From Minisyncoccia bacterium (GTDB lineage Bacteria > Patescibacteriota > Minisyncoccia > UBA6257 > JAAZHW01): a DNA stretch of 64,000 bases. The notes beneath the pieces are model-generated. The model worked only from the letters and a program-made list of their open reading frames with translations, did not search any database and was not told the DNA's origin. The stretch lies in NCBI GenBank assembly GCA_041550235.1, contig JBFEPE010000002.1, positions 909-64,908 on the forward strand, given 5' to 3'. Below are positions 18,370-28,672 of the stretch, piece after piece (positions within the stretch are counted from its first letter, which is position 1; each line of letters begins with the position of its first letter). Position numbers and translations under genes: made by a program.

Positions 18370-19353
18370 CTAAATCTTAGGGAGGATTGCTGATGATAAT
18401 CTAATGAATGCTTCTTGGCTTGTTGCCGATAGGAAATAATTATTATACCAGCCATAATAAAATTCTAATCCGGTTGAAAACCTCAAAAATCTTGTGCTAA
18501 TAGGACCGATGTCTAAACTTGAGAAAACTCCACTGGCGACACCCGGATCTTGTAGATAATGAGATGTGAGAATTTCAGGATTTTGAGAAATCATTCTTTC
18601 AAATTCAGTGCTGAAATTACTCTTAATATTTGAAATGGCAAAAACCGGAATGTCTGAAACATCTAATTCCAAAATATATCCAAGGCGATTTATTCCTTCG
18701 GCTCCGGGATTAAATATCATAAATGAAAATTGTTCTTTGAAGTTTGGAATTACTGAGCTATTAATTTCTGGGAAATTTGAAAAGATTGTTTCTAAAAATA
18801 ATTCTCCGCTCAAAAGAGATTCTCGCTCGCCAACATCAACCGTCAAGACAATTTCTTTTGCATTATTTGGCTCAAAGTTTTCTCTAAATCCCTGTGATAT
18901 TATTCTTTCTAAATCTACTATTCCACCTTTATATTTTACAAATATTTTTTCATTGAGTGGATTGACGAATAGGGATGTATGAGCTGGTGGAGGAGTTTCT
19001 GTTGGGGTTGGGATAACTTCTTCAGGAATGGATGGCTTTAATAAGAAATATACGGTCCCTCCTCCTAATATGAATATGAAAATAAGTCCAATAATAATTG
19101 GAAGCACTTTGCTTTTTTTTCTCCCTTCTTGTTGTGAGGGAATTGTTCCTTCTGTTTCAAAGAATGGCTGGGCTTTTTCTTGAGGCATTGGCTCCTCTTT
19201 TCTTCCTTCTATATCCTCTAACCTTTTTCCCAAAATTTTCCCAACATTTACTTGTCCGCCTGATTCTCTCATTTCCTCAACATCGCTTTTAAGAGTGCGA
19301 ATTCTGATGTTTGATGGAGGACGACTTATTTTATTTTCATTTTCTTCTGCCAT
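18370..19353 (-). CDS. single-pass membrane hypothetical protein
   Basis: IRTLKSD N-terminal motif, TM helix, Pro/Thr linker. Confidence 0.85.
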   Translation of the reverse strand: MAEENENKISRPPSNIRIRTLKSDVEEMRESGGQVNVGKILGKRLEDIEGRKEEPMPQEKAQPFFETEGTIPSQQEGRKKSKVLPIIIGLIFIFILGGGTVYFLLKPSIPEEVIPTPTETPPPAHTSLFVNPLNEKIFVKYKGGIVDLERIISQGFRENFEPNNAKEIVLTVDVGERESLLSGELFLETIFSNFPEINSSVIPNFKEQFSFMIFNPGAEGINRLGYILELDVSDIPVFAISNIKSNFSTEFERMISQNPEILTSHYLQDPGVASGVFSSLDIGPISTRFLRFSTGLEFYYGWYNNYFLSATSQEAFIRLSSAILPKI

Positions 19354-19384
19354 ATTATTATTATTTTTGATAGACTATTTCTTA

Positions 19385-19455
19385 TATCCCCCCGCCCCTT
19401 CGGGGCGGGGGGATAAGTTGCCTCTAATCATCCCCTCGCCGACAAAGTCGGCGAG
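19385..19455. repeat. two tandem GC-rich palindromes
   Basis: TATCCCCCCGCCCC-TTC-GGGGCGGGGGGATA and CCCCTCGCCGAC-AAA-GTCGGCGAGGGG. Confidence 0.9.
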
Positions 19456-19562
19456 GGGGGGGGATAGATTCACAATATTATTCTATCATTATTATTGATT
19501 CAAAACAATTTTTTAAATAATGGAATTTGATATATAAATAAAAGTAAATAAAATAAAAGAAT

Positions 19563-20138
19563 ATGAAAAAAGAAAAGCAATTAAATATTAAAAGAGTTTT
19601 TGTATTTATAGATGCTTCTAATGTTTGGAGTATTGTTAAATCAATAAAGAGGTTTGTTGAATATAAAAATCTTGAAAATTATTTTAAGAAAAAATTTAAT
19701 GCAGAGAAAATTAAAATATTTTATTATGATGCCTATCCAAAAAATGGGACGAGGAAATATAATTTAGATGATAAGCACAAGTTTTTTACTTATCTCAAAA
19801 AAGGATTAGGTTTTATGGTGGTTAAAAAAGAATTAAAAAGAATCTCTGTTGTTAGTGGGGATAGCGAATCAATAATTGAAAAAGGGAATATGGATGTTGA
19901 AATAGTCATTGATGCTATTCACAATTTAAATAAATATGATATTGCGATTTTATTTAGTGGTGATTCTGACTTTTTAGCTTTGATTAATTATTTAAAAAGC
20001 AATCAAAAAAAAGTTTATATATATTCATCAAAAGATAATATCTCACAGGAATTAAAAACAGGGGGAGATGGTTATTTCGATTTGAAAAATATAAATGAAA
20101 TTTGGGGCAAGGAATTAAAGCATCGCAAGAACTTATAA
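19563..20138 (+). CDS. NYN-domain (LabA/DUF88, PIN-like) nuclease
   Basis: VFIDASN, KGNMDVEIVID, LFSGDSDF. Confidence 0.92.
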   Translation: MKKEKQLNIKRVFVFIDASNVWSIVKSIKRFVEYKNLENYFKKKFNAEKIKIFYYDAYPKNGTRKYNLDDKHKFFTYLKKGLGFMVVKKELKRISVVSGDSESIIEKGNMDVEIVIDAIHNLNKYDIAILFSGDSDFLALINYLKSNQKKVYIYSSKDNISQELKTGGDGYFDLKNINEIWGKELKHRKNL

Positions 20139-20139
20139 T

Positions 20140-20244
20140 AAAAAAATCACCCTCAGTTAAGAGGATGACCCAACGATGTATGACCCTTTCGGTTTTCAAA
20201 ACCAAAAGACATATTTATTCTATCAAATATTTAATAAATGTCAA
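20140..20244 (-). ncRNA. putative ~70-nt RNA convergent on the NYN gene
   Basis: TTGACA..TAGAAT promoter, hairpin TCTTTTGGTTTT/AAACCGAAAGGG, terminator TCATCCTC/GAGGGTGA plus T-tract. Confidence 0.45.
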
Positions 20245-20415
20245 ATTAAATCTAATGGCTTGTTTTGTTATTATTTAATTATAGAATTAAATCTATAATT
20301 AATTATATACTCAATCCATGAATTTATTATTAAGCAGTTTTTGGAAAATAAAAAAACCCGACTTTGTTATTACTTCTAACAAGGTCGGGCGACACTCTTT
20401 TTTTATGATATTTTA

Positions 20416-20766
20416 CTATATGGTGGTATACGGTTTCCCGTTATTCCATTTTATTTCAAATCCTAGAAGAGTGGCCGACAACAAGATGTCGCTTGGATTT
20501 ATTGCTTTCATCACAACATTTCTCATATTTATAAAGGTGGCAATAATCTTTGGATGATTGGGGCTTTTTTGGTTTGATGGCAAGTCTTCTTGCAAATCGA
20601 TTAATTTGTCCAAATATTCAATAATTATTTTTTTTAATAATTTAGGTATATCATTTCTGTTTGAGCATAATTTGTCAAAACTAGAGGATCGCCATATCTC
20701 AATATCAAAAAAATAACTACCACCAGTTTTCATTTTTGTTATTAATATTTTTCTCTTTGGAAGCAT
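20416..20766 (-). CDS. orphan hypothetical protein
   Basis: 116-aa ORF with AAGGAG SD, upstream TTGACA and downstream terminator near 20350-20390. Confidence 0.7.
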   Translation of the reverse strand: MLPKRKILITKMKTGGSYFFDIEIWRSSSFDKLCSNRNDIPKLLKKIIIEYLDKLIDLQEDLPSNQKSPNHPKIIATFINMRNVVMKAINPSDILLSATLLGFEIKWNNGKPYTTI

Positions 20767-20902
20767 TTTTTATTCTCCTTATTTTAAATTTTTTACAACA
20801 GGCGGCAAAACATCTAATATCAATTTGGCATATATAAATCTATTTGTCAATAGATTGATTTTTTTTGTTTTATAATGGGAAGGTAATGAAGAAGAGGGGG
20901 AA

Positions 20903-20970
20903 ATCCCGCCTTTGGCGGGGAAAACACCCCGTCTCGCATGAGGCGAGCCACCCCTCTATAAGAGGGGAAT
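20903..20970. repeat. palindromes 5' of recA, including an empty CACCCCGTC..AGAGGGGAAT element
   Basis: near-identical to 57793-57839. Confidence 0.9.
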
Positions 20971-20985
20971 TATAATACAATTAAT

Positions 20986-22014
20986 ATGGCAAAGACAAAA
21001 GAGAGTTCTTCAAAAGAAGAAGCACATCAAAAAGATATTGCTCTTGATGAGGCAATCAAAAATATTCAATCAAAATATGGCGAGGGCTCAATAATGAAAT
21101 TGGGCGAAGCCCCAAAAGTTGATGTTGAGGTCATACCAACCGGCTCATTATCATTAGACCTCGCATTAGGAGTAGGCGGCATTCCAAGAGGAAGAATAAT
21201 TGAGATATTTGGACCAGAATCAAGTGGGAAAACAACCCTTGCTCTACATATTATTGCATCAGCACAAAAAAAGGGAGGTAAGGCCGCCTTTATTGATGCT
21301 GAACATGCCCTTGACCCAGAATATGCCAAAAGAATCGGAGTAGAAATAAAGGAATTATTTATTTCTCAGCCGGACAACGGAGAGGAGGCGATGGCAATAA
21401 TGGAAAACTTAGTGAGGTCAGGTTCATTGGATGTGATAGTAGTTGATTCAGTGGCCGCTCTCACTCCAAGAGCAGAAATAGAGGGGGAGATGGGCGCTCA
21501 TCATGTTGGACTTCAAGCAAGATTAATGTCTCAAGCATTAAGAAAAATAACTGCATTGGCTCAAAAAACAAAGACGACAATTATTTTTATCAATCAAATA
21601 AGAATGAAGATTGGAGTAATGTTTGGAAATCCCGAAACAACATCGGGAGGAAGAGCATTGAGATTTTATTCGTCAGTGCGGTTAGATATTAGGAAGACGG
21701 CTCAAGTAAAGAAGGGTGAGGAGATAATTGGCTCTCGAACAAAAGTAAAGGTTGTGAAAAACAAAGTAGCCGCTCCATTCAAAGTTGCTGAGTTTGATTT
21801 ATATTACAATGAAGGCATATCAAGAGATGGTGAAATTTTAGGTCTTAGTGCAAAGTTGGAAATTATATCAAAGTCGGGTAATACTTATTCATTTGAGGGA
21901 GAGAAATTGGGAGTTGGAGCGGATAATGCGAGAAGATTTCTGAAGGAAAATCAAAAAGTTTCAAGAGAGATAGAGAAATTAATATTAAAGAAGGCAAAGG
22001 AATTGGCAAGGTAG
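20986..22014 (+). CDS. recA: recombinase A
   Basis: [30 protein letters not shown]. Confidence 0.99.
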   Translation: MAKTKESSSKEEAHQKDIALDEAIKNIQSKYGEGSIMKLGEAPKVDVEVIPTGSLSLDLALGVGGIPRGRIIEIFGPESSGKTTLALHIIASAQKKGGKAAFIDAEHALDPEYAKRIGVEIKELFISQPDNGEEAMAIMENLVRSGSLDVIVVDSVAALTPRAEIEGEMGAHHVGLQARLMSQALRKITALAQKTKTTIIFINQIRMKIGVMFGNPETTSGGRALRFYSSVRLDIRKTAQVKKGEEIIGSRTKVKVVKNKVAAPFKVAEFDLYYNEGISRDGEILGLSAKLEIISKSGNTYSFEGEKLGVGADNARRFLKENQKVSREIEKLILKKAKELAR

Positions 22015-22085
22015 TTTTGATAGATTTTTTTGGGAGGTGGGGATAATAGAATCACAATGATTAAAAATTTCTTTAAATATTATTA

Positions 22086-22222
22086 AAATCCCTCCCCGCC
22101 CCTTCGGGGCGGGGAGGGATTTGCTGTTTTTGTTCGCCTCAATATTAAAAATCAAAATATATGCCATTAAAAAATATTATTGAAACAACATAAATGCTTC
22201 CCCCCGCCGTAGGCGGAGGAAG
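22086..22222. repeat. two GC-rich palindromes
   Basis: AAATCCCTCCCCGCCCC-TTC-GGGGCGGGGAGGGATTT and CTTCCCCCCGCC-GTA-GGCGGAGGAAG. Confidence 0.9.
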
Positions 22223-22253
22223 ATTCGCCTTACTTATCTTATAATCAAAAAAT

Positions 22254-22412
22254 ATGCTAATAAATAAAATAATTGAAAAAAATAAAAAGGAGATAATCTC
22301 CGGTATCTTTATTTTTTTGATTGTATCAATAAGTTTCGGCTTAGGATTTATTGTCGCCTCAAAGATGATAATAAAGACTCCAATTATCTTTCAGCAATGT
22401 AATAATCAATAA
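22254..22412 (+). CDS. 52-aa small membrane protein (below ORF-track cutoff)
   Basis: MLINKIIEKNKKEIISGIFIFLIVSISFGLGFIVASKMIIKTPIIFQQCNNQ, one TM. Confidence 0.6.
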   Translation: MLINKIIEKNKKEIISGIFIFLIVSISFGLGFIVASKMIIKTPIIFQQCNNQ

Positions 22413-22421
22413 TGATTGATG

Positions 22422-22494
22422 AGCCGAAGGCGAGAATTGAACTCGCGACCTCTGCTTTACGAAAGCATTGCTCTACCAACTGAGCTACTTCGGC
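22422..22494 (-). tRNA. tRNA-Thr(CGT)
   Basis: cloverleaf, anticodon loop TTCGTAA. Confidence 0.93.
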
Positions 22495-22638
22495 GATTTT
22501 TTATGATTATATTTTTTTGTGGCATTGTTGCAAGATGCTTTTTTAAATCACTACATTATTCCCGCCCCGCAAGGCGGGGCGGGGGGCACCTCTTTTTTTC
22601 AAAATCTCAAAATTATTATAACCTATTATATAAATAAT

Positions 22639-22682
22639 AAAAAAAGCGAGCGACTACACCCATTTTGGTAGTCGCTCTTTTT
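22639..22682. terminator. intrinsic terminator
   Basis: GAGCGACTAC/GTAGTCGCTC stem with A- and T-tracts. Confidence 0.75.
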
Positions 22683-22709
22683 CCAAACTTGAATTCGCCA
22701 ATTTTGGTA

Positions 22710-22772
22710 TTACGAATTGGTTTGGTTAATGTTGGCATCGTTGCGTTTAAACTGCAGGTTATTCTTCTTCAT
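22710..22772 (-). CDS. putative 20-aa peptide MKKNNLQFKRNDANINQTNS
   Basis: GGAGG SD 8 nt upstream, TTGCTA-17-TATTAT promoter (22907-22935), downstream terminator. Confidence 0.35.
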   Translation of the reverse strand: MKKNNLQFKRNDANINQTNS

Positions 22773-23075
22773 CTTATTATCCTCCATGGATAAAGGGTTT
22801 TTAAACCACTCATTATCTCTTCTTAAGAGACAAATGACCATATTCAGTATGCCCGCTAATAAGACACCTGAATCTTATGAATCCGCATGAAAAAGATTCT
22901 AAATTTATAATACCAAAAATAAATTTTGATAGCAAGAGTTTGTTTGTGGATAGGAACAACCCGCCTTATTTCTTATTTGATTAAAAATTTGATATAATGA
23001 TTAAAAATAATTGAGCCAAATATAGGCCATCGTCAAAATTCACAATAATAAATCTCCAAGAGGAGAAAAATTAAG

Positions 23076-24791
23076 ATGAATAAATTAATAAAAGATTCTT
23101 TCGTCTTGTCTAATCTAAACAAAGTCAATTCGCCTGATTTGAAAAAAATTAGACAAAATTTATCTAAGGAAATATTAAGAAATAGAAAAAGAAATGGGCT
23201 TTTTTCTCAAAATGCCGGAGAAAATTTTGCCATCTTTACCGCCCTTTGCCAAGGCGACCGAGATTTTTTCAAAACAAAAGATTTAGCGAAGATATTGAAA
23301 TATCTCACATCTTTAGAGGTTGAAGAAGGTGGTCCTTACTTTACTTCCCTTGAAGAAAAAAAGATTGATTTGGGGATAAATTGCCAAATCGGATGTTTCT
23401 TAAATTCTTACGAAGTTAATCTTTCAAAAATAGATGAGTTGGTGGAAGATGCAATAGACTCAAATAATTATGATTCAGATTTTTACTCAAACCCCCACAT
23501 TGTTATTTATCTTATTTCAAATTTCTATAATGGCTCTAAAAAAGAAAAATTAAAGAAGCAGATTTTAAAAAGAATAAAGGGCAATATTGAGAGATTGAAT
23601 TTGTCATTGCTCTGTTTGTCATTGTTCAATTTGGGTTATAGAGATAAAAAATTTAAAAATATTTGTCTATTTGACGAAAACGAAGATTCTAAATCAGATT
23701 TTGAATCGTCTTTTTGTTTTTTGTTAAAAAATAGAATAAACAAAGAATATTCTGAAAATATAGAGGGTGAGAGATTAAAAAGAGAAAAAGAACAGAGCGA
23801 AAAAGAAGAAAAGAGAATGATGGATAAAATTTTAATTTTGGCAAAAAAAAGATTTTCTTCTTTGCCAAAGGAAATGAGGGAATTATCAATGAAGCAAATA
23901 AAGAGAACGATGAATGGTAATTTTGATAAACAAATGCCGTTGATTAGTTATTATTTTAAAAAAGCGATAGGCAAAAGAGGGGAGTCAATCTCTGAGGATT
24001 TTATAGCAGAGGTGGGATTGATAAATACTTTTTTCTGGACTGCCTTTATTATTTATGATGATTTTTGGGACGAAGATGAAGAAAGAAATCCTCAAATATT
24101 GCCAGTGGCGAATTTATTTGCAAGGGAGATGAATAATTTTTTTGCCAAGTTTTTTGATAACAATAAAAACGGCTTTGGCAATTTTTATTCATCATTATTT
24201 GATAAGTTGGATGCAGCCAATAATTGGGAAACGATTCATTGCCGGGCTGAAATAAGGGATGGAAAATTCATTATTCCCGATAAGTTGCCGGATTACAAAA
24301 ATTATGAGAAAAAATATGAGCCGGCGGCTGCTCATATATTGGGACCAGTATTGATAATGAAAAAAATTGGTTTTTCTGAGGACAGCAGGGAAATGAGATA
24401 TTTGATTGATTATTTTAGAAATTATTTAATAGCGATGCAGATGAATGATGATGCTCATGATTGGAAAGAGGACTTAAATCGCGGTCATTTAAGCACGGCG
24501 GTTGTTTTGTTAATTAAGGATTTTTTGAAAAAATATCCAGACAAAAAAGAGATTGATTTGAGGGATGATATTGAAAAACTTCAAGAAGTTTTTTGGTTTG
24601 AGACAATGCCGGTTATTTGCGAGAGGGCAATTAAGTATTGCGAAAAATCAAGAAGAGCGATGCTGAAAATGGATTTCATTGAGGATTATAAGCCATTAGA
24701 AAAATTTATTAATATCCCCGAGGGAGCGATGATAGAGGCTCAAGAAAAGCAATCAGAATCAAGCGAATTCATTAAGGAGTGGAGCAGTTAG
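23076..24791 (+). CDS. class I isoprenoid synthase-fold protein with extra N-terminal helical domain
   Basis: two Asp-rich motifs, IYDDFWD and QMNDDAHDWKED, in the C-terminal half. Confidence 0.7.
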   Translation: MNKLIKDSFVLSNLNKVNSPDLKKIRQNLSKEILRNRKRNGLFSQNAGENFAIFTALCQGDRDFFKTKDLAKILKYLTSLEVEEGGPYFTSLEEKKIDLGINCQIGCFLNSYEVNLSKIDELVEDAIDSNNYDSDFYSNPHIVIYLISNFYNGSKKEKLKKQILKRIKGNIERLNLSLLCLSLFNLGYRDKKFKNICLFDENEDSKSDFESSFCFLLKNRINKEYSENIEGERLKREKEQSEKEEKRMMDKILILAKKRFSSLPKEMRELSMKQIKRTMNGNFDKQMPLISYYFKKAIGKRGESISEDFIAEVGLINTFFWTAFIIYDDFWDEDEERNPQILPVANLFAREMNNFFAKFFDNNKNGFGNFYSSLFDKLDAANNWETIHCRAEIRDGKFIIPDKLPDYKNYEKKYEPAAAHILGPVLIMKKIGFSEDSREMRYLIDYFRNYLIAMQMNDDAHDWKEDLNRGHLSTAVVLLIKDFLKKYPDKKEIDLRDDIEKLQEVFWFETMPVICERAIKYCEKSRRAMLKMDFIEDYKPLEKFINIPEGAMIEAQEKQSESSEFIKEWSS

Positions 24792-24822
24792 ATTATTTAA
24801 AAATGATGTATAATATAGATAT

Positions 24823-27195
24823 ATGGATAAAAGTGTGGTAAAAAAATATATTGACTCTCAAAAAAATAAAGCAGTTGAAATGCTTGATTTTGATAATGAA
24901 AAAATAAAATACTCTGATTTAATTAAACAACACAGGGAAATAAAGAATTTTAAGGGAAATGAAGAAATTGTCCGAGCTTATTTATTGTCTAAACTTTCAA
25001 ATGAATTGGGATACAAATTGGAAAATATTGAGATAGAGAAAGAGTATAATCTTGGAAGACCAAAAACAAATAAGCCGAGAATTGACTTAATTGTTCGGGA
25101 TGATGAGGGAAACGCTTTTTTATATATTGAAGTGAAAGGTCCTAATGAATTTGAGAAAAATAAAGATGAAGTAATTGAAAAACAATTATTTGGTTTGGCA
25201 TCTCAAGAAAAAGGACAGGGTAAAAATATAAAATACCTTGTTCTTTATTCAATTGATGTGTTAGGTGAAAAAATAAAAGACAAAGTGGTAATTATTGATT
25301 ATGAAAAATATCCATCTTTTGACAAGTGGGAAGAAGAAAGGAATTTCACCGATGAGTTGCCAAAGAGATATGGCAATGCTCAAAAAGAGCCATATAAGAA
25401 AGGAGGAAAAAAGGATTTGAGAACTGATTTTGCAAATGAAGAATTAGAGGCAAAAAGAAAAAATCTTCATAATGTTTTGTGGGGTGGCGGAGGAACTGAT
25501 GACAATGATATATTTTCTTCATTAGTTAATATAATTTTGGCTAAGATTCAAGATGAAAGAGAAAGAAAAAACGGCGAAAAATATCAATTTCAAATTTTTT
25601 CTTTTCAAGATGGGGGTAGTTTTGAAAGTAATGAAGAAATTTTTGAAAGAATAAACAAACTTTACAGAAGGTCATTGAAGGAAATAATGTATATGACAGA
25701 CGAAAAAGAAATAAACGAAAGTTTTATAATTGACAAAAAGAAGTTTTCTTTGAATAAATTAAAATATACCATTCAAGAATTGGAGGAATATTCATTTATT
25801 GAGGGAAGAAGTAGTTTGGGCGGAAGGGATATTTTGGGCCAATTTTTTGAAGGTATTGTGAGGGACGGCTTTAAGCAAAATAAAGGTCAATTTTTTACTC
25901 ATTCCAATATTATTAAGTTTATTCTTTATACCCTTCAATTAGATAAATTAGCGATAGAAAAAATAAATAAAGATAAGGAAATTCCTTATTTGATTGATCC
26001 ATCGGCTGGAAGCGGGACATTTTTAATTGAATATATGAATTTCATCACTGAAAATATAAAAAGGAAATATAGGGATAAGTTGGATAATAATTTTAATATT
26101 AAAGAAAGGATAAATGATTGGATGCCTGATGGGAGGGAAAATAAATGGGCAAAGGATTTTATTTACGGAATAGAGCATAATTTTAATTTAGGAACTGCCT
26201 CAAAGGTAAATATGGTTTTGCACGGTGATGGCTCTACTAATATTTTTGTCAAAGATGGTTTATTGCCATTCAATTATTATAAAAAAGAAAATGGAATAAA
26301 TATTTTAAAGAATTCGAAGGATGATGAAAAATATTTTGATAAAAGCATTAATGGAAAATTTGACATTGTCATTACTAATCCGCCATTCTCAGTAGATTTA
26401 GACAAGGACACTAAAAAAACATTAAAAGATAGTTTTGTTTTTGGGGATAAGAAAAATTCGGAAAATCTTTTTGTGGAAAGGTGGTATCAATTATTAAAAG
26501 AAAATGGTCGGCTGGGAGTAGTTTTGCCCGAGAGTGTTTTTGATACCGCAGAAAACAAATATATCAGATTATTTTTGTATAAATACTTTAAAATAAAAGC
26601 AGTCGTTTCTCTGCCTCAGTTAGCATTTCAGCCATATACTTCAACTAAAACAAGCTTGCTTTTTGCCCAAAAGAAAACAAAGAAAGAAATTGAAAAATGG
26701 AATGAATTATGGGCAACTTACTCAAATGATTACAATCAATTAAAAACGAGAGCAGAAAAAGAAGTAGAGCATTTTATTAAGGGAAAAGAAATGGATAAAA
26801 AATGGGCCATCTATAAGGAGACAGAAAAAAAGAGAAAAGACAATATTTTAAGATTATTAATTAATAATATTGATGAGGATGATAAAAATTTATCTCTTCA
26901 AAAATTAGTTGAAAAATATCAAGATGAGATAATCGATTTGTTGAAAATAGAAAAAGAAACGGATGTTTTTGGTTTTGTTAATGCTTGGTGGGTGTTTGGC
27001 AATGTTTCAAAAGAATTGGATTATTCTATTTTTATGGCTGAAGTGGAAAATATTGGTTATAAGCGGACAACGAGGGGAGAAAAGACGACATCAAACGACT
27101 TATTTAGGGTGAATAAAGAAGGCGGGGTTATTATTGATGATGTAAAAAAAGAAACTGCCTTGGATTTTATAAGGTCTGATGTAATATGGGATTAG
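24823..27195 (+). CDS. fused restriction endonuclease and N6-adenine methyltransferase (type IIB/IIG-like)
   Basis: RIDLIV..IEVK nuclease motif, GQFFT, DPSAGSGTF, TNPPF. Confidence 0.88.
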   Translation: MDKSVVKKYIDSQKNKAVEMLDFDNEKIKYSDLIKQHREIKNFKGNEEIVRAYLLSKLSNELGYKLENIEIEKEYNLGRPKTNKPRIDLIVRDDEGNAFLYIEVKGPNEFEKNKDEVIEKQLFGLASQEKGQGKNIKYLVLYSIDVLGEKIKDKVVIIDYEKYPSFDKWEEERNFTDELPKRYGNAQKEPYKKGGKKDLRTDFANEELEAKRKNLHNVLWGGGGTDDNDIFSSLVNIILAKIQDERERKNGEKYQFQIFSFQDGGSFESNEEIFERINKLYRRSLKEIMYMTDEKEINESFIIDKKKFSLNKLKYTIQELEEYSFIEGRSSLGGRDILGQFFEGIVRDGFKQNKGQFFTHSNIIKFILYTLQLDKLAIEKINKDKEIPYLIDPSAGSGTFLIEYMNFITENIKRKYRDKLDNNFNIKERINDWMPDGRENKWAKDFIYGIEHNFNLGTASKVNMVLHGDGSTNIFVKDGLLPFNYYKKENGINILKNSKDDEKYFDKSINGKFDIVITNPPFSVDLDKDTKKTLKDSFVFGDKKNSENLFVERWYQLLKENGRLGVVLPESVFDTAENKYIRLFLYKYFKIKAVVSLPQLAFQPYTSTKTSLLFAQKKTKKEIEKWNELWATYSNDYNQLKTRAEKEVEHFIKGKEMDKKWAIYKETEKKRKDNILRLLINNIDEDDKNLSLQKLVEKYQDEIIDLLKIEKETDVFGFVNAWWVFGNVSKELDYSIFMAEVENIGYKRTTRGEKTTSNDLFRVNKEGGVIIDDVKKETALDFIRSDVIWD

Positions 27196-27198
27196 ATT

Positions 27199-28641
27199 AT
27201 GATAAAAAGTTTTATAATACAATTTAAGGATTTGGGTTTTGATAAATTTATCAGAAATAATTTTAGAACATTTAATCTAAAATTGAAGATAGATGATTTT
27301 TTTGTTTCTAATAGTGGATTAAAGTTTATTCGCATTAAAGATATTTTTAATATTATTTCAGGGCTTGCTTTTAAGAGTGATGATTATGAACTAGAGGGCA
27401 TTCCCTTAATTAGAATTGGAGATATTGGCGGTAATTTTAAAAACACAAAATATTTGCCCGAGGAATACGAAAAAATATACAAAGATTTTTTATTGAAGAA
27501 ATTTGATTTAATTGTTGGACTAACAGGGGATGGGGATTTTAAGATTGATTTAATAGATACGGATAATAAATACTTACTTAATCAAAGGGTAGGGGTATTG
27601 CGAGTTAAAAACAAAAGAGAGGATGTAAATATTTTATTTTACTATTATCTTTTGAGATGTCTTAATTTTATTGCGGTTCAATTTAATTATTTTTCTAATG
27701 GCAAAACACAATTAAATATAAGCCCCTTTGATTTATTAAATATAAAAATCCCTCTTATCTCTAAGCAAAAACAGGATGAGGTTGTAGAGAAGATAATCCC
27801 TATTGAAAACAACATCAAGAAATTAAAAAATAAGATAGAAAAACCACAAGACATAATTAATGAAGTTTTTGCCGAAGAATTTGGTTTTGATGTTTTTTTA
27901 TTGAATCAATTTGGGAAAGGAATGACCGCGGGGACACAAAATTTGCCCGATAAAAAATTAAGGATTTTTCAAAGAAATTTTTCTGAATTTTCAAGAAGCG
28001 ATATCTTAAGGTTTTCAACGAGATTTCATAATAATTCAACCAAAAATTTAATGAATTTTTTTAATACAATAGAATCTATAAAAGTAAAAGATGTTGTTGA
28101 TTATTGCGAAAAAGGAGTGCAACCAAAATACAATGAAAATGGGGAGATTCCGGTTATAAAAATAATAAATTTGAAGAATAATCATATTGATTTTTTAGAA
28201 ACTGAAAAAATATCAAGGCAATATTTTAATAAATTGGGTAATAAAAATAAATTAAAATTGAATGATATAATCATTTGTGCTACTGGGAAAATATCACTTG
28301 GAAAAATAGATATTTATGAAAACAAAGAAGATGCTATCACTTCATTAGATAATTATATTTTAAGATTAAGAAATATCTATAATCCATTGTTTTTTACCTA
28401 TTTTTTTAGGTCTATTATGGGCTACTTCCAAATAGAAAGAGACTTCACTGGAACTACAAATCAAATTCATCTTTATTGGGATCAAATTTCTAATTTTAGG
28501 GTCCCCAACATCCCATTATCTCATCAAAATAAAATAGTTGAGAATATAAAATCTCGATTAGATAAACAAGAAGAGATTGAAAAAGAAATAGAGATAGAAA
28601 GAAATAAAATAGACAAAATAATTGAGTTGGTTGTGAGATGA
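27199..28641 (+). CDS. RM specificity subunit (HsdS-like, two TRDs)
   Basis: SGLAFKS..GIPLIRIGD, LLNQRV, IKIPL..Q and RVPNIPL..Q coiled-coil repeats. Confidence 0.88.
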   Translation: MIKSFIIQFKDLGFDKFIRNNFRTFNLKLKIDDFFVSNSGLKFIRIKDIFNIISGLAFKSDDYELEGIPLIRIGDIGGNFKNTKYLPEEYEKIYKDFLLKKFDLIVGLTGDGDFKIDLIDTDNKYLLNQRVGVLRVKNKREDVNILFYYYLLRCLNFIAVQFNYFSNGKTQLNISPFDLLNIKIPLISKQKQDEVVEKIIPIENNIKKLKNKIEKPQDIINEVFAEEFGFDVFLLNQFGKGMTAGTQNLPDKKLRIFQRNFSEFSRSDILRFSTRFHNNSTKNLMNFFNTIESIKVKDVVDYCEKGVQPKYNENGEIPVIKIINLKNNHIDFLETEKISRQYFNKLGNKNKLKLNDIIICATGKISLGKIDIYENKEDAITSLDNYILRLRNIYNPLFFTYFFRSIMGYFQIERDFTGTTNQIHLYWDQISNFRVPNIPLSHQNKIVENIKSRLDKQEEIEKEIEIERNKIDKIIELVVR

Positions 28642-28672
28642 TGTAATTAAAAAATATTAAGACAAATATATT

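Noticed and set aside
22648-22712. Stop-codon readthrough extending the 20-aa peptide into a Trp-rich tail (ComX-like)
   Set aside because: It requires TAA readthrough and runs into the terminator stem; there is no supporting signal.
22422-28641. Integrative island at tRNA-Thr(CGT)
   Set aside because: The block lies on the tRNA 5' side, with no integrase and no duplicated tRNA end visible.
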